Source: Haliotis rubra (Eukaryota). Taken from it: a stretch of DNA of 64,000 nucleotides. Positions 11,524 to 23,127 of the stretch are shown here, one piece after another. The stretch covers positions 62,001-126,000 of the forward strand of contig NW_025767635.1 in the NCBI RefSeq assembly GCF_003918875.1. The letters are read 5' to 3'. How positions within the stretch are numbered: position 1 is the first letter of the stretch; each line of letters starts with the position of its first letter. A program made the position numbers and the translations under genes. Below the pieces are notes generated by a model. It was given only the letters and a program-made list of their open reading frames with translations. It did no database searches and was not told the origin of the DNA.

Positions 11524-14500
11524 TACTGAAGCATTGCCCCTTGGAAAGCATCCGTGTCAAGTTCACCCTGGGGTCCAGTGTTGTCAGTGATCATGCGTTT
11601 GACTGTCTTCACGCCAATTTCTGCCCTGCAGTTGCTGTGGGGGAAGGCGACAGAAGATAGTCGATGATGTACTGACCATGTGTGAAGGAACTCTCTGGTT
11701 GCAGAGGCTGTGAATTCGGGTCCCCCATCAGAGGAAAGTTCATCAGGTATGCCAAATGTGACAAATGTGCGTCGTAAGCAGTTGATGAGTCCAGGTGCAC
11801 CTCCAGCAGTTCTCTCCACTATTGGCCAGTTGGAGTATCTGTCGACCAGCACCAGATAGTTGACACCCTTGTAATGAAAGAAGTCAGCGCATAGACATTG
11901 GAAGGGGTAAGATGGGTATACTAGTGGTGTTGGTGGGGCTGATGGTTGTGATGGAGCCATCTGATTGCAGTGAGCACAGTTGGTTCGGAGGGTTGTAACG
12001 GCCAATGTGAGTCCGGGCCAGAAGATAGATGCTTCAGCTCTGGACATCATTGATGAGATGCCTTGGTGTGCAGAATGGAGGGCAGTAAGGGCATCTTCAC
12101 GTAGTGCTGGTGGGATCACAATCCGGTCCTTGTATAGCACAACTCCGTCTACCGTGTGGAGATGCTCTCTGAACTGATGAAATTCACGTAGTGCGGTAGG
12201 AAGTTCAAGGCGGGATTCTGGCATCCCAGTTTCAATAAGATCAACGAGTTTGGCCATGGATACATCGCTAGTGGTGGCAATTTTCACCTTGTTCCACGTG
12301 ATGGGTTCCAAGGAGCTGATTGCAGATGCAGCAGACTGGAGAGTGGCATCCTCTACACTGTAGTCAGGCTCTTCACTGCATCTGATGGAGGCAATGATGT
12401 TATGACCATTGCAGTTGACCACAAACCTCTACTAAAGATCTTTGGGGATCGATCACTTGAATGCATCTCGAATGCTCGACTACGTAACCTGAAGGAAAAG
12501 ACCCAGCGGTACAAATTCCACATGGTTCACATCCCCGGAGCCAAGACTTTTCAGGGTTTAAAGTAATGCCATTCCTTCCACAGATGTCAAGCCAATTACA
12601 TGCCTGGAAGAATGATTTCTCAATGTCATCAGCCCACAGGAGTGCGTCATCCACACACTTGGTTTTGTTTGGCACATCAGACACAATCTCGTCAAAGCGT
12701 CTTGTGTATCCATCTCCGGAGGCGATATATCCTTGTGGAGCAGTGCGATATCTATATCGGCCCCATGGGGTGATAAATGTGGTACGGTGTTTGTCCTCAT
12801 CTCGAATGGGGACACTGTGGTAGCCATTCCATGCATCGAAGACAGATTTCTTCTTATTCTGTGGCACTGATCTGGCTTGGTGGAAGGGGGATTGTGTGTG
12901 ATGTGTCTCTCTAATGGCATGGGCATTGAGTGCCTGAAAGTCAACAGTGCGTCGCGGCTTGCCATTCTTCTTTGGACAAACGACCATTCTGTGGCACCAT
13001 GTAACCGGTTCTCCAATTGGCACTGGCTCCAGCACACCTAGTCTGACATCCTGGTCTAGTCCGCTTTGACGTCTTTCTGCCAGTGAAGTGGGACAGGGAC
13101 AGGAGTGTGGTGAGCAACAGGCTGGACGTCCAGATCGACCATCAGTTTCATGGGAGGTCCATCCATGAGGGGGAGAGGTTGGTGCTCGCAGATGTTGAAT
13201 GTGCTGGACTTATAGAGGTCAAGTAGGTATTCTTCCAGTTTACCGCGGTTCTCTTCTGTTGCGGGAAAGGTAGTTTGGTTGGCAATTTAGGAGGTGGTCC
13301 ACGCTTTGGGCAGTCACATTTCACATCATTTATCTCTGAAGCATCGCTTAGTGTAGAATCATCATTGAAGCTGTCATTTCTGGGCACTTCCCCAATTGTG
13401 GGAAAATTTCCTGTGATCATCCCAAGTGAGATACAAGCCTCACGACTGAGGAAGAACTTGTCAGAGTTGTCTGTGATATAGACCACCTGTCTTGTTTCAA
13501 TTGTTTTCCCTGTTGGGCTCCTGCCATACAGCCGTGTGATGAGGGCACCAAGGATATTGATACCCCTGTTATTGGCAGCACGCATCTTGAGAGTCACCGG
13601 AATGAGATTCTGTGTTTTCAGTCCAAGTTTGTGTCGCGATCTTAATGCCAGCAAGGCAGCTCTGACAACCTGTGTCTGCCATGACGACAACAGAGGCTCA
13701 TCTTGGTCTTGAGGATAACATTGAGCCAAAGCCTAGTCTGTCATAGTCTTCTGCATGGACAGCCATCGATAGGTTGAGGAAGGGCTGGGGCCGGAGGCTT
13801 GTTTAGTCCATGTGTCCGGCCAGCTGATCATATAGGTGGTGATCAAGGTGAAGTGTCTTCTTTCCTTAAGCAGCTGATGTCAGTGAGTGAGCAGAGCATG
13901 TCAAAGACCGCACCTTCATTTTCCTCAACCGTCCGGGGAGGCTTCTCAGCTCTCAGTTTCACTTTGCTCTGGCACACTGTGTCAAAGTGATTGTAGCGGT
14001 TACAGGATGAACACATGCGACCGAAGGCAGGACAGTGTTTTTTCCTGATTTTCAGGGATGCACTTTTTCCATGCCCCTTTCTTCCACAGTAGAAGCATGA
14101 CTCGGACGTATCCAGTTTCTTGGATGAATTAACAGCTGTGTTTCTTCGGTAGCCACTGCTAACAGCTTCCACAGACTGGGAGTCCAGAAGTCGAGATGCC
14201 GAGCGTTTGCCTGATTCCTTGGCTTCCACAAATTGAAACACCTGTTCGAGATTCATGTCTTGGTTCTTGTCTCCAAGGAGATCTAACTGGATTTCAGGGT
14301 CATTTAGTCCACGGGTGAGTACATCGCGTAAGATTGTCTCTGTGTAGTTCACCTCCCGATGGCATCCTGGACATGCAATGGTGAATTTGCAGACGCCAGC
14401 CTGACCTCTTAGCCTTGCACCGAAGGAGTTTAACAGTTTCATCTCGATCCTGAGTCATGCTGTGGAGGGTAATGCGAGCTACCATGGTGTTCTCCTCTCT

Positions 14501-14870
14501 GACAGCAAGGAGTCTAATGGCCTTCAGGACATCTTCCTTGGATTTTTCTGTGAGGGATCCGCCAGCCCGAACGTGTGAGATCTCTCGCGCAGTGTCTCGT
14601 CACAGCATTCAAGAAGCTGTACAAAGCGGTCCTTCCCTGTGACCTTGGTCGCCTGGACATAGTCTTTCCATCTGGATTTAAAGTATGACCAATCTTCGCT
14701 TGTTCCAGCAGATGATATGCTTGGTCGTTTCACTTTTTCTACTTTGCAGAGATGGCAGGTCCTGTAGTGTGGACTGTTGCATGGGCTGTTAAGAGTGCTA
14801 CTACCACCACAGAATCAAGGTCTTCTGTCACGAAGTCGCATGACGGAATAGGGCATCCAACGACTGGCAT
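11524..14870 (-). pseudogene. Gypsy gag-pol, multiply frameshifted
   Basis: Gag starts MPVVGCPIPSCDF at 14870, with Cys/His knuckles CFYCGRKGH and CSSCNRYNHFDTVC. Protease MADTGCQSCLAG near 13650-13683; RT motifs DAWNGYH, TTFITPWGRYRY and CVDDALL; integrase HSAHQG..C..C, ADFF, SDGGPEF and SNCRAE. Confidence 0.92.
12403..12545 (+). pseudogene. Inverted RNase H C-terminal fragment of the Gypsy pol
   Basis: Plus-strand translation TIAVDHKPLLKIFGDRSLECISNARLRNLKEKTQRYKFHMVHIPGAK is the Gypsy RNase H DHKPL...H.PG segment, opposite in orientation to the flanking RT and IN. Confidence 0.88.
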
Positions 14871-15064
14871 GTTTGTGTCTTGAAACTGTAGGTTAGAATC
14901 TCTGATGTACCAAGTTGCAGAGGTGAAAGATCTCCATCATAAATAAGTAGGCAATACTTTTTACAGATGACTGTTTATTCATGGTCGATCATAAATGATG
15001 GAGATCTGCAATGAGAGTAAACACATCATGTATAACATGGATAATTAAATACCATATAATCCTC

Positions 15065-15155
15065 TACTGTGTGTAACTGCAGTATAGTCAAGTAGTATCT
15101 ACATACTGTGTGTAACTGGAGTATAGCCCAGTAGTATCTACATACTGTGTGTAAT
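15065..15155. repeat. 38-bp tandem repeat (~2.3 copies)
   Basis: TACTGTGTGTAACTGSAGTATAGYCMAGTAGTATCTACA units; core related to the 75-bp array downstream. Confidence 0.8.
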
Positions 15156-15249
15156 TATCAGCAGACGGAGCCCCATTCCTCAATGCGATTGTACTACTTT
15201 GTAGCTGTGATGATTGTAGCGCCCATACTTTAACATAGACTTACGACTG

Positions 15250-15861
15250 TAGTCTAGATCACATTAACTTCGTGTACGCATCTGACAAGTGGTAGTCTAG
15301 ATCACATACATCGTGCACCCATCTGACAAGTGGTAGTCTAGATCACAACTGGTAGTCTGATCATGTACCCCTCTGAGTGGTAGTCTAGATCACATACATT
15401 CATGTACCCATCTGACAAGTGGTAGTCTAGATCACATACTTCGTGTACCCATCTGACAACTGGTAGTCTAGATCACATACTTCGTGTACCCATCTGACAA
15501 GTGGTAGTCTAGATCACATACATCGTGTACCCATCTGACAAGTGGTAGTCTAGATCACATACATCGTGCACCCCTCTGACAACTGGTAGTCTAGATCACA
15601 TACTTCATGTACCCCTCTGACAACTGGTAGTCTAGATCACATACTTCATGTACCCATCTGACAACTGGTAGTCTAGATCACATACTTCGTGTACCCATCT
15701 GACAAGTGGTAGTCTAGATCACATACTTCGTGTACCCCTCTGACAAGTGGTAGTCTAGATCACATACTTCGTGTACCCATCTGACAAGTGGTAGTCTAGA
15801 TCACATACTTCGTGTACCCATCTGACAAGTGGTAGTGTAGATCACATACTTCGTGCACCCC
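15250..15861. repeat. 41-bp minisatellite
   Basis: GGTAGTCTAGATCACATACTTCGTGTACCCATCTGACAAGT units. Confidence 0.95.
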
Positions 15862-16555
15862 TCTGTAGCGGCTACAAAGTGTATCTCAGACTATAACCCA
15901 GGAGTAACTATAGTCTGTGTGGAACTTAAGTATAGCCCTGTAGTGGCTACAAAGTGTATGTCAGACTATAACCCAGGAGTAACTATAGTCTGTGTGGAAG
16001 TTAAGTATAGCCCTGTAGTGGCTACAAAGTGTATGTCAGACTATAACCCAGGAGTAACTATAGTCTGTGTGGAACTTAAGTATAGCCCTGTAGCAGCTAC
16101 AAAGTGTATGTCAAACTATAACCCAGTAGTAACTATATTCTGTGTGGAACTTAAGTATAGCCCTGTAGTGGCTACAAAGTGTATATCAGACTATATCCCA
16201 GGAGTAACTATATTCTGTGTGGAACTTAAGTATAGCCCTGTAGTGGACTATAACAAAGTAACTATAGTCTGTGTGGAACTTAATAACCCTGTAGGCTACA
16301 AGTGTCAGACATATATAGTCTGTGTGGAACTTAAGTATAGCCCTGTAGTGGCTACAAAGTGTATGTCAGACCATAACCCAGAGTAACGTAACTATAGTCT
16401 GTGTGGAACTTAAGTATAGCCCTGTAGTGGCTACAAAGTGTATGTCAGACTATAACCCAGGAGTAACGTTAACTATAGTCTATGTGGAACTTAAGTATAG
16501 CCCTGTAGCGGCTGCAAAGTGTATATTAGACTATAACCCAGTAGTAACTATAGGC
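15862..16555. repeat. 75-bp minisatellite (diverged dimer of ~37-bp halves)
   Basis: Unit TGTAGTGGCTACAAAGTGTATGTCAGACTATAACCCAGGAGTAACTATAGTCTGTGTGGAACTTAAGTATAGCCC; explains the 25-aa periodic ORF 15853-16386. Confidence 0.93.
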
Positions 16556-17213
16556 TGTATGGTAACTAAGTGCAGTCTGTTGGTAATTGCCAAATGTGTA
16601 CACCTTCAGTATAGTCCAGTCTAACAACAAACACTGGTACAGAAATCCTCACAATGAGTTATACAAATGTTTGCCAACTGATGCCTGTTATTGACAGGCT
16701 GGCATGGTGTATATGTGTATGGACCCCAAGAAACAAATAGCATATCATGTTTTCACTACTGCTGACATTTGACGCCTTTAATTCTCCAAATAATGTACAT
16801 CATGATCATGTTTTTCAGTAGCACCTGGTGAATGTTAGAATCGCTGTAGTTACCATTGTGTTTCCCAATTGTATAGGTATAGTTTGTATTTATAAGACAA
16901 GCATTATGCACTGGCAGATCCAGACGAGGTGTACATTCCTTCCACCCCTTTTTGAGACACCTTCCATGTTAACTCCATGCATGACATCAGACTTTTTATG
17001 TGCACCCCTCTTTTTTTCAATATACGGGATCTGCTTTTGCTAGTTTTTTTAAATGGAGGTATCAGTAGAAGCTTTCAAATGTTTAATGTTCAATAACATC
17101 AGATGATTGATGGGCATTTAGAAGTTGGGAGGTAACACAACAACGTATGGTATGGATTTACAACTTCTTTAATATTACACCACAGCGTTTCTGGGCTACT
17201 TCTCAGAATCAAT

Positions 17214-20132
17214 CCTCCACACATGCACACCTCCACACATGCACATCTCCACACATGCACACCTCCATACAACCACTTCCTGACACTCAGACCTCCACAC
17301 ACCAAAACCTTCTCCAACCCACACCCACACCTCCTCACACTCAAACCTCCACACACCCACATCTCACAATCAATCTTCCAAACACCCACACCTCAACACA
17401 ACCAAATCCTCACACTCAAACCTCCACACAACCAAACCTTCTCACACCCACACCTCCTGACAGACACACCTCACACTCAAACCTCAACACACCCACACCT
17501 CCACACACCCCCACCTCTCAAACTCAAACCTCCACACACCCCCACCTCCCTCACACTCAAACTCTCCACACACCCCCACCTCTCCCCACACTCAAAACCT
17601 CCACAAACCCACATCTCCCCTCACACTCCAAAACACCACACACCCACACACTCCTCTCACTCAAACCTCCACACACACCCTACCCTCACACTCAAACCTT
17701 CAGAAACCCACACCTTCACACACCAACCTCCTCTCAAACTCTCAAGCCTCCACACACCCTCCACCTCCTCAAACTCAAACCTCCACACACCCCCACCTCC
17801 ACACACTCAAACTCTCCACACACCCCCACCTCCCACACTCAAATTTCCCTCCACAAACCCACATCTCCTCACACTCAAAAAACACCACACACCCACACCT
17901 CCACTCACTCAAACCTCCACACACTCCACCTCCTCTCACACTCAAACTCCTTTTACAAACCCACACCTCCACACACCAACCCCTCCCACACACTCAAACC
18001 TCCACACACCCACACCTCACACTTTCAACACCTCCTCACACTTAAACCCTCCAAGCACACCCACACCTCCTCTCACACTCAAACCACCACACACCCACAC
18101 CTCCTCACTTCTCAAACCTTTCACACACTCTCACACTCTACACACCTCACACACCTCCTCACACTCTCCTCACACACACACCACACCTCTCACACACTCA
18201 AAGGTCCTGACACCCACACCACCTCATACCCACTCCATACCCCACAACCACACTTTCACAACCACACCACTCTCACAACCACCACTTCCAATATACCCAC
18301 ACCTCTCTCACAAACCACAACCTCACAACCACACTCTCCTCACAACCACACACTTCACAACCACACCACCTCACAACCACCACCTCATACCCACACCTCT
18401 CACAACCACACCTCCTCATCACCACACTCTCAAACTCTCCACAAACCCACATCTCCTCACACTCAAAACACCACACACACTCCACACCCTCCTCTCACAC
18501 TCAAACCTCTCACACACACCCACCCTCACACTCAAACCTTTCAGAAACCCACACCACACCTCCACACACCAACACTCCTCCTCAAACTCAAGCTCTCCAC
18601 ACACCCCTACTCCCTCTCAAACTCAAACCTCCACACACCCCACTCCCCTCACACCTCAACACACCTCCACACACCCACACTCCTCTCCAAACACTCACAC
18701 CTCTCTCAAACCTCCACATCCACATCTCCTCACACTCAAAACACCACACACCCACACCTCTCCTCTCACTCAAACCTCTCCACACACCCCACACCTCTCA
18801 CACTCAAACTCTCCACACACACCCACCCTCACACTCAAACCTTTTACAAACCTACACCTCCACACACCCAACCTCTCTACACTTCAAACCTCCACACACC
18901 CACACTCCTCACACCAACACCTCCTCACACTTAAACCTCCCACACCCACACTCTCCCTCACACTCAAAACCACCACACACCCACACTCTCCCTCACTCTC
19001 AAACCTTTCACACACCCACACCTCACACTCTCACACACACTCTCACACACTCAAACCTCCACACACCCACACCTCTCTCACACTCAAAGGTCCCCACACA
19101 CCCACACCTCCTCACACTCAAATCTCCACACACCCAGACACCTCCTCCCTCAATCCTTCACACACCCACACCTCACAACCACACTCTCCTCACGCCAAAC
19201 CCCCACACACTCCACACTCTCACACCCACACCTCCCCCTACACTCAAACCTCCACACACTTCACACCTCCCTCACACACAAACTTCAACACACTCACTAC
19301 CCTCCTCACACTCAAACCTCACACACACACACCACACCACCACACACCCACACCTCACATCCACACCACACCTCCACACACCCACACCACCACACACACA
19401 CCCACATCCACACCACACCTCCACACACCCACACCTTCTCACACGCAAACTTCAACACACTCACACCTCCTCACACTCAAACCTCCACACACCCACACCA
19501 CCACACACCCACACCTCACACCCACCCCACCACACACCCACACCTCCTCACACCCACACCTCCTCACACCCACACCTCCTCACACCCACACCTCCTCACA
19601 CTCAAGACCGCTTCCGTGGTGTAGTGGTTAGAGCGTCCGCCCGGAGAGCGGAAGGTCGCGGGTTAAATCCCCGACCACGTCATACCAACAGACGTTAAAA
19701 TATGGTACTTATTGGTCCCTGCTTGGAGTCAGTATAATGTGTCTGAGTGGGGTAGTCATGCTTCACTGCAGCACGGTATCTCAGTGGGCTAGCACTATAA
19801 AACCAGCTTAATATTCTCAAGCACGACGTTAAACCCAATTTCACCTCACCTCACACTCAAACCTCCACACACCTCACCTCACCTCACAACCACAGCACCT
19901 CACAACCACACTTCCTCACAACCACACCTTACAACCACACCAACTCACCACACCACTTCACAACCACACCTCAAAACCAAACCTCACAACCACACCACCT
20001 CACAACCACACCACCTCACAACCACACCTCAAAACCAAACCTCACAACCACACCACCTCACCACCACACCACCTCACAACCACACCTCCTCACAACCACA
20101 CCTCCTCACAACCACACCACCTCACAACCACC
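17214..20132. repeat. C/A-rich low-complexity array (CCTCACAC / CTCAAA / CAACCACAC motifs), almost G-free on the + strand
   Basis: Direct inspection; absence of G explains the long stop-free His/Thr/Pro ORFs. Confidence 0.95.
19606..19848 (+). mobile_element. SINE family A copy with two internal deletions, inserted in the C/A array
   Basis: Head GACCGCTTCCGTGGTGTAGTGGTTAGAGCG; body matches 6370-6717; (TCACC)n tail; TSD CCTCACACTCAA at 19594-19605 and 19849-19860. Confidence 0.9.
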
Positions 20133-20367
20133 CAGCTGTCATGTTGATGAAATATTGCTTAAGGCATCATAAAACCATGTGCACTCACTCATAAAGACAC
20201 AGCTACAATGGGAAAGAATTTGCTCACCTCCATTTTAGTGTCATACCTCATTGGATTTCAGTCATAGTGGCTGATCCCTACATATGTTGGTGTTCCCTGT
20301 TGTTATGTGGATGTGTAATTTATTGGTAAATGTTGTAATTGTATTACATTAATTCTCCTCAGATTCA

Positions 20368-20602
20368 GACCCGTGAAGATCTGGGTTAGAATTGATCTTC
20401 AGTAACCTGTGCTTGTCGTAAGGGGCGACTAATGGGATCAGGTGGTCAGGCTCGCTGACTTGCTTGACACAATGTTATCATATCCCAATTGCATAGATCG
20501 ATGCTCATGCTGTTGATCACTGGATTGTCTGATTCAGACTTCATTATATAGAGAACGCCACCATATAGGTGGGTGTGACATAAAACTAAACTCACTAACT
20601 GT
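20368..20602 (+). mobile_element. SINE-like retroposon (family C) without a tRNA head, carrying a GCTTGTCGTAAG(A/G)GGCGACTAA core
   Basis: Approximate TSD TCAGATTCA(GA) at 20359 and 20603; tail TAAAACTAAACTCA shared with family B; degenerate inverted copy at ~36350-36530. The core resembles the Meta/MESC-type SINE domain as I recall it (unverified). Confidence 0.78.
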
Positions 20603-20720
20603 TCAGATTCAGAACAATATTTTTTCAACAATATTTAGTTGTTAGGCACGTGATCAGTGGTATGGAAGTGTGCTTTGGGTTCAAGTGTACTCTTAATTTA
20701 CTAGAACAGCTATAGACTAA

Positions 20721-20860
20721 GAATAATGACAATTATTATGGATATATAACTTCTTTTATTCTGTGGAGGCGACGTTTCGACAGAATAAAAGAAGTTGTAT
20801 ATCCCTAATAATTGTCATTATTCTTCATCAACTTAACTTCTAAAATGCCCATCGAAGAAG
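20721..20860. mobile_element. Penelope-like element remnant (inverted pseudo-LTR ends)
   Basis: 15-bp TSD ACAGCTATAGACTAA at 20706-20720 and 20861-20875; ~46-bp inverted arms each with AATAAA; minus-strand CGAAACGTCG just upstream of AATAAA, as is typical of Penelope pLTRs. Confidence 0.75.
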
Positions 20861-21007
20861 ACAGCTATAGACTAAACCAACATGGAGCGTTCTTGAAGGA
20901 GTTAAGCATCACATCACACATCACAGGAAGACCAGCAGTTGTGTGAACATCATTTCCAGCCAAGCCTTTGCTTGGAGCCAGCCACAGTCACTGCTGTCAA
21001 TAATATA

Positions 21008-21409
21008 CTATTCACACTTTGCTAAGGATCAAATCATTGATTCAACCGAAAACTATGATGTGGGGCCAAATTTGGTTTAAATATCTAAGCTTTTTGTAAG
21101 CCTGGATCTAAGTTTTCAGTATGTCACTGCCTCTTCAATTCTTGTGGATCCCATACCTGCTATTGACAGGTGTTGTGTACTTGTCAATGACCCATGCCAT
21201 GATTTGCAAAATGGTTGGTTCGTGCCATGAAACCATTTTTATGGTTACTCATGTATCAAATTCATACGGTTAGCTTAAAGTGGCTGTTTTCCTAAAGATG
21301 TGTTACCATAGCATTATTTATCCAGTTTCAAATGGATACAATTTCAAATTATAAATCTACGTTTAAGTAAAGTTGTGAATTTTTGTGATCCTTAGCAAAG
21401 TGTGAGTGG
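21008..21409. mobile_element. Tc1/mariner-type MITE
   Basis: TIRs CTATTCACACTTTGCTAAGGATCA / TGATCCTTAGCAAAGTGTGAGTGG (2 mismatches), flanked by TA. Confidence 0.8.
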
Positions 21410-21695
21410 TATATTAGGTGTCCTCCCATTACGCAGACAGGCAGTTCGCAGACGCCTTAAAACAACAATATTAACAGTTCAATGAACAGATTAGCTACTA
21501 CCTGTTACCTACACATTACAATGGTATAGTCCAAAGTAAAAACACATGAAAAAAACTTAAGCTATATTATTTACTTTGAAAGATGGCCGAAAAGGCATTA
21601 ATTTTAATTTTGATTGCTGCAATATGAAAACAGTTGATTTTCGTAAACATTTGGGTTTAACCTTCTCGTCTAACAGGAGTACATTGTCAAAAAGA

Positions 21696-22257
21696 CAACT
21701 TCTAAATGCCTATAAAGAAGTTGCACATCCCTATCAAGTGTGTTGTATACCCCCTACCAACTTCTAAATGTCTATAAAGAAGTTGCACATCCATATCAAG
21801 TGTGTTGTATACCCCCTACCAACTTCTAAATGCCTATAAAGAAGTTGCACATCCATATCAGTGTGTTGTATACCCCTACCAACTTCTAAATGTCTATAAA
21901 GAAGTTGTATACCCCCTACCAACTTCTAAATGCCTACATCCATATCAAAGTTGTGTTGTATACCCCTACCAACTTCTAAATGCCTATAAAGAAGTTGCAC
22001 ATCCCTATCAAGTGTGTTGTATACCCCCTACCAACTTCTAAATGCCTATAAAGAAGTTGCACATCCATATCAAGTGTGTTGTATACCCCCTACCAACTTC
22101 TAAATGCCTATGTATAAACTTCTAAAGTTGCACATCCATATCAAGTGTGTTGTATACCCCCTACCAACTTCTAAATGCCTATAAAGAAGTTGCACATCCA
22201 TATCAAGTGTGTTGTATACCCCCTACCAACTTCTAAATGCCTATGAAGAAGTTGCAC
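21696..22257. repeat. 62-bp minisatellite with an internal hairpin
   Basis: CAACTTCTAAATGCCTATAAAGAAGTTGCACATCCMTATCAAGTGTGTTGTATACCCCCTAC units; CAACTTCT/AGAAGTTG stem in each unit. Confidence 0.95.
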
Positions 22258-22610
22258 AAACAAAGACTATGCCCCTACAGTCTATGTGAGACATAGATCT
22301 TGAACATAGATCTTACGTTCTCTCAAATCATTTTTACTTTGACCACTAAGTTTGGTGGAATGCAAATGTAAACTTCCTACTTATACTACCTATACTACCA
22401 GGCTATCTTCATGTTCCTATTCATCCTAGATCAAGGAAGTGTCTCTGGTTTGTAGTCAACAGATTTTTGTTCTTACTTGACACTGCCTGTCCTTTGGACC
22501 AATCTGGTAGACACATGACATCCAAAGTGCCTTACCACTGCAGTTGCATAGTGGATATTGATCAGGCTGTAGCCACTCTATGCCAATGCCTCTCCAATGT
22601 TCGGTAAATG

Positions 22611-23004
22611 TTTCCTGTCCAACGCGTTTTCGGGGGGTATTAAAATGGACTCCGTCCATCCGCCCATGTGTCCATCCATGCACATTCGTCTTTTCAGGAG
22701 CAAAACTTTAAAACTGTGCAATATTTCTTTACCAAACTTGGCACATAGATAGATCTAGTGGTGAACTGGTGCCTTTTGGCAGTTTTGGAATTCTGAATAA
22801 AATATTTTTTGCATTTCCATGGCAACAAGATTGACTTTGACTGAATTTGGTGGTAGTGCTCCTTTCTGGAGCAGAACCTTTCAATATTCTCCTTCCACTT
22901 TGCTATATACATGCCAAAACATTTGACACAATCATAACTAGTAGACATATTCAGGAAGAGTATTTTGCCATTCTGGGGGATATTGATGACTTTCTATTCT
23001 TGTT
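22611..23004 (+). mobile_element. Degenerate Helentron-associated non-autonomous element (HINE)
   Basis: 5' GGGGGGTAT motif followed by a (GTCC/ATCC) microsatellite; ACCAAACTTGG and TTTCCATGGCAAC core motifs; 3' GGGGGATAT...TTCTTGTT end. Confidence 0.6.
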
Positions 23005-23127
23005 CAAACTTGAGTGTCCAATGCTTTGTGGGTTTGTTTTTTGTGTTCTTGGCCCATTGGGGCAAAGGCATTGCTCCATTCCAGCAATGGGCAGTACGGA
23101 TGATTCCCAGGTATCACTGCTGTATAA

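Larger units (their letters stand above)
11524..15037 (-). mobile_element. Degenerate, 3'-truncated Ty3/Gypsy LTR retrotransposon
   Basis: Domain order gag-PR-RT-(RH)-IN on the minus strand; PBS-like TGGTACATCAGAG at 14900-14912 next to a candidate short 5' LTR (14916-15037, TG...CA, contains AATAAA); no 3' LTR or PPT found. Confidence 0.9.

Noticed and set aside
17147-19631. 595-aa and 802-aa His/Thr/Pro-rich ORFs (mucin- or extensin-like)
   Set aside because: They arise from a nearly G-free C/A array in which stop codons are rare; open in several frames; one runs into a SINE.
20135-20192. Short SINE-tail-like remnant (GAAATATTGCT...CATAAAACC...CACTCACTCA)
   Set aside because: Too degenerate to bound; no TSD.
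21640-21680. KHLGLTFSSN peptide resembling CR1 RT
   Set aside because: Too short and degenerate to delimit an element.
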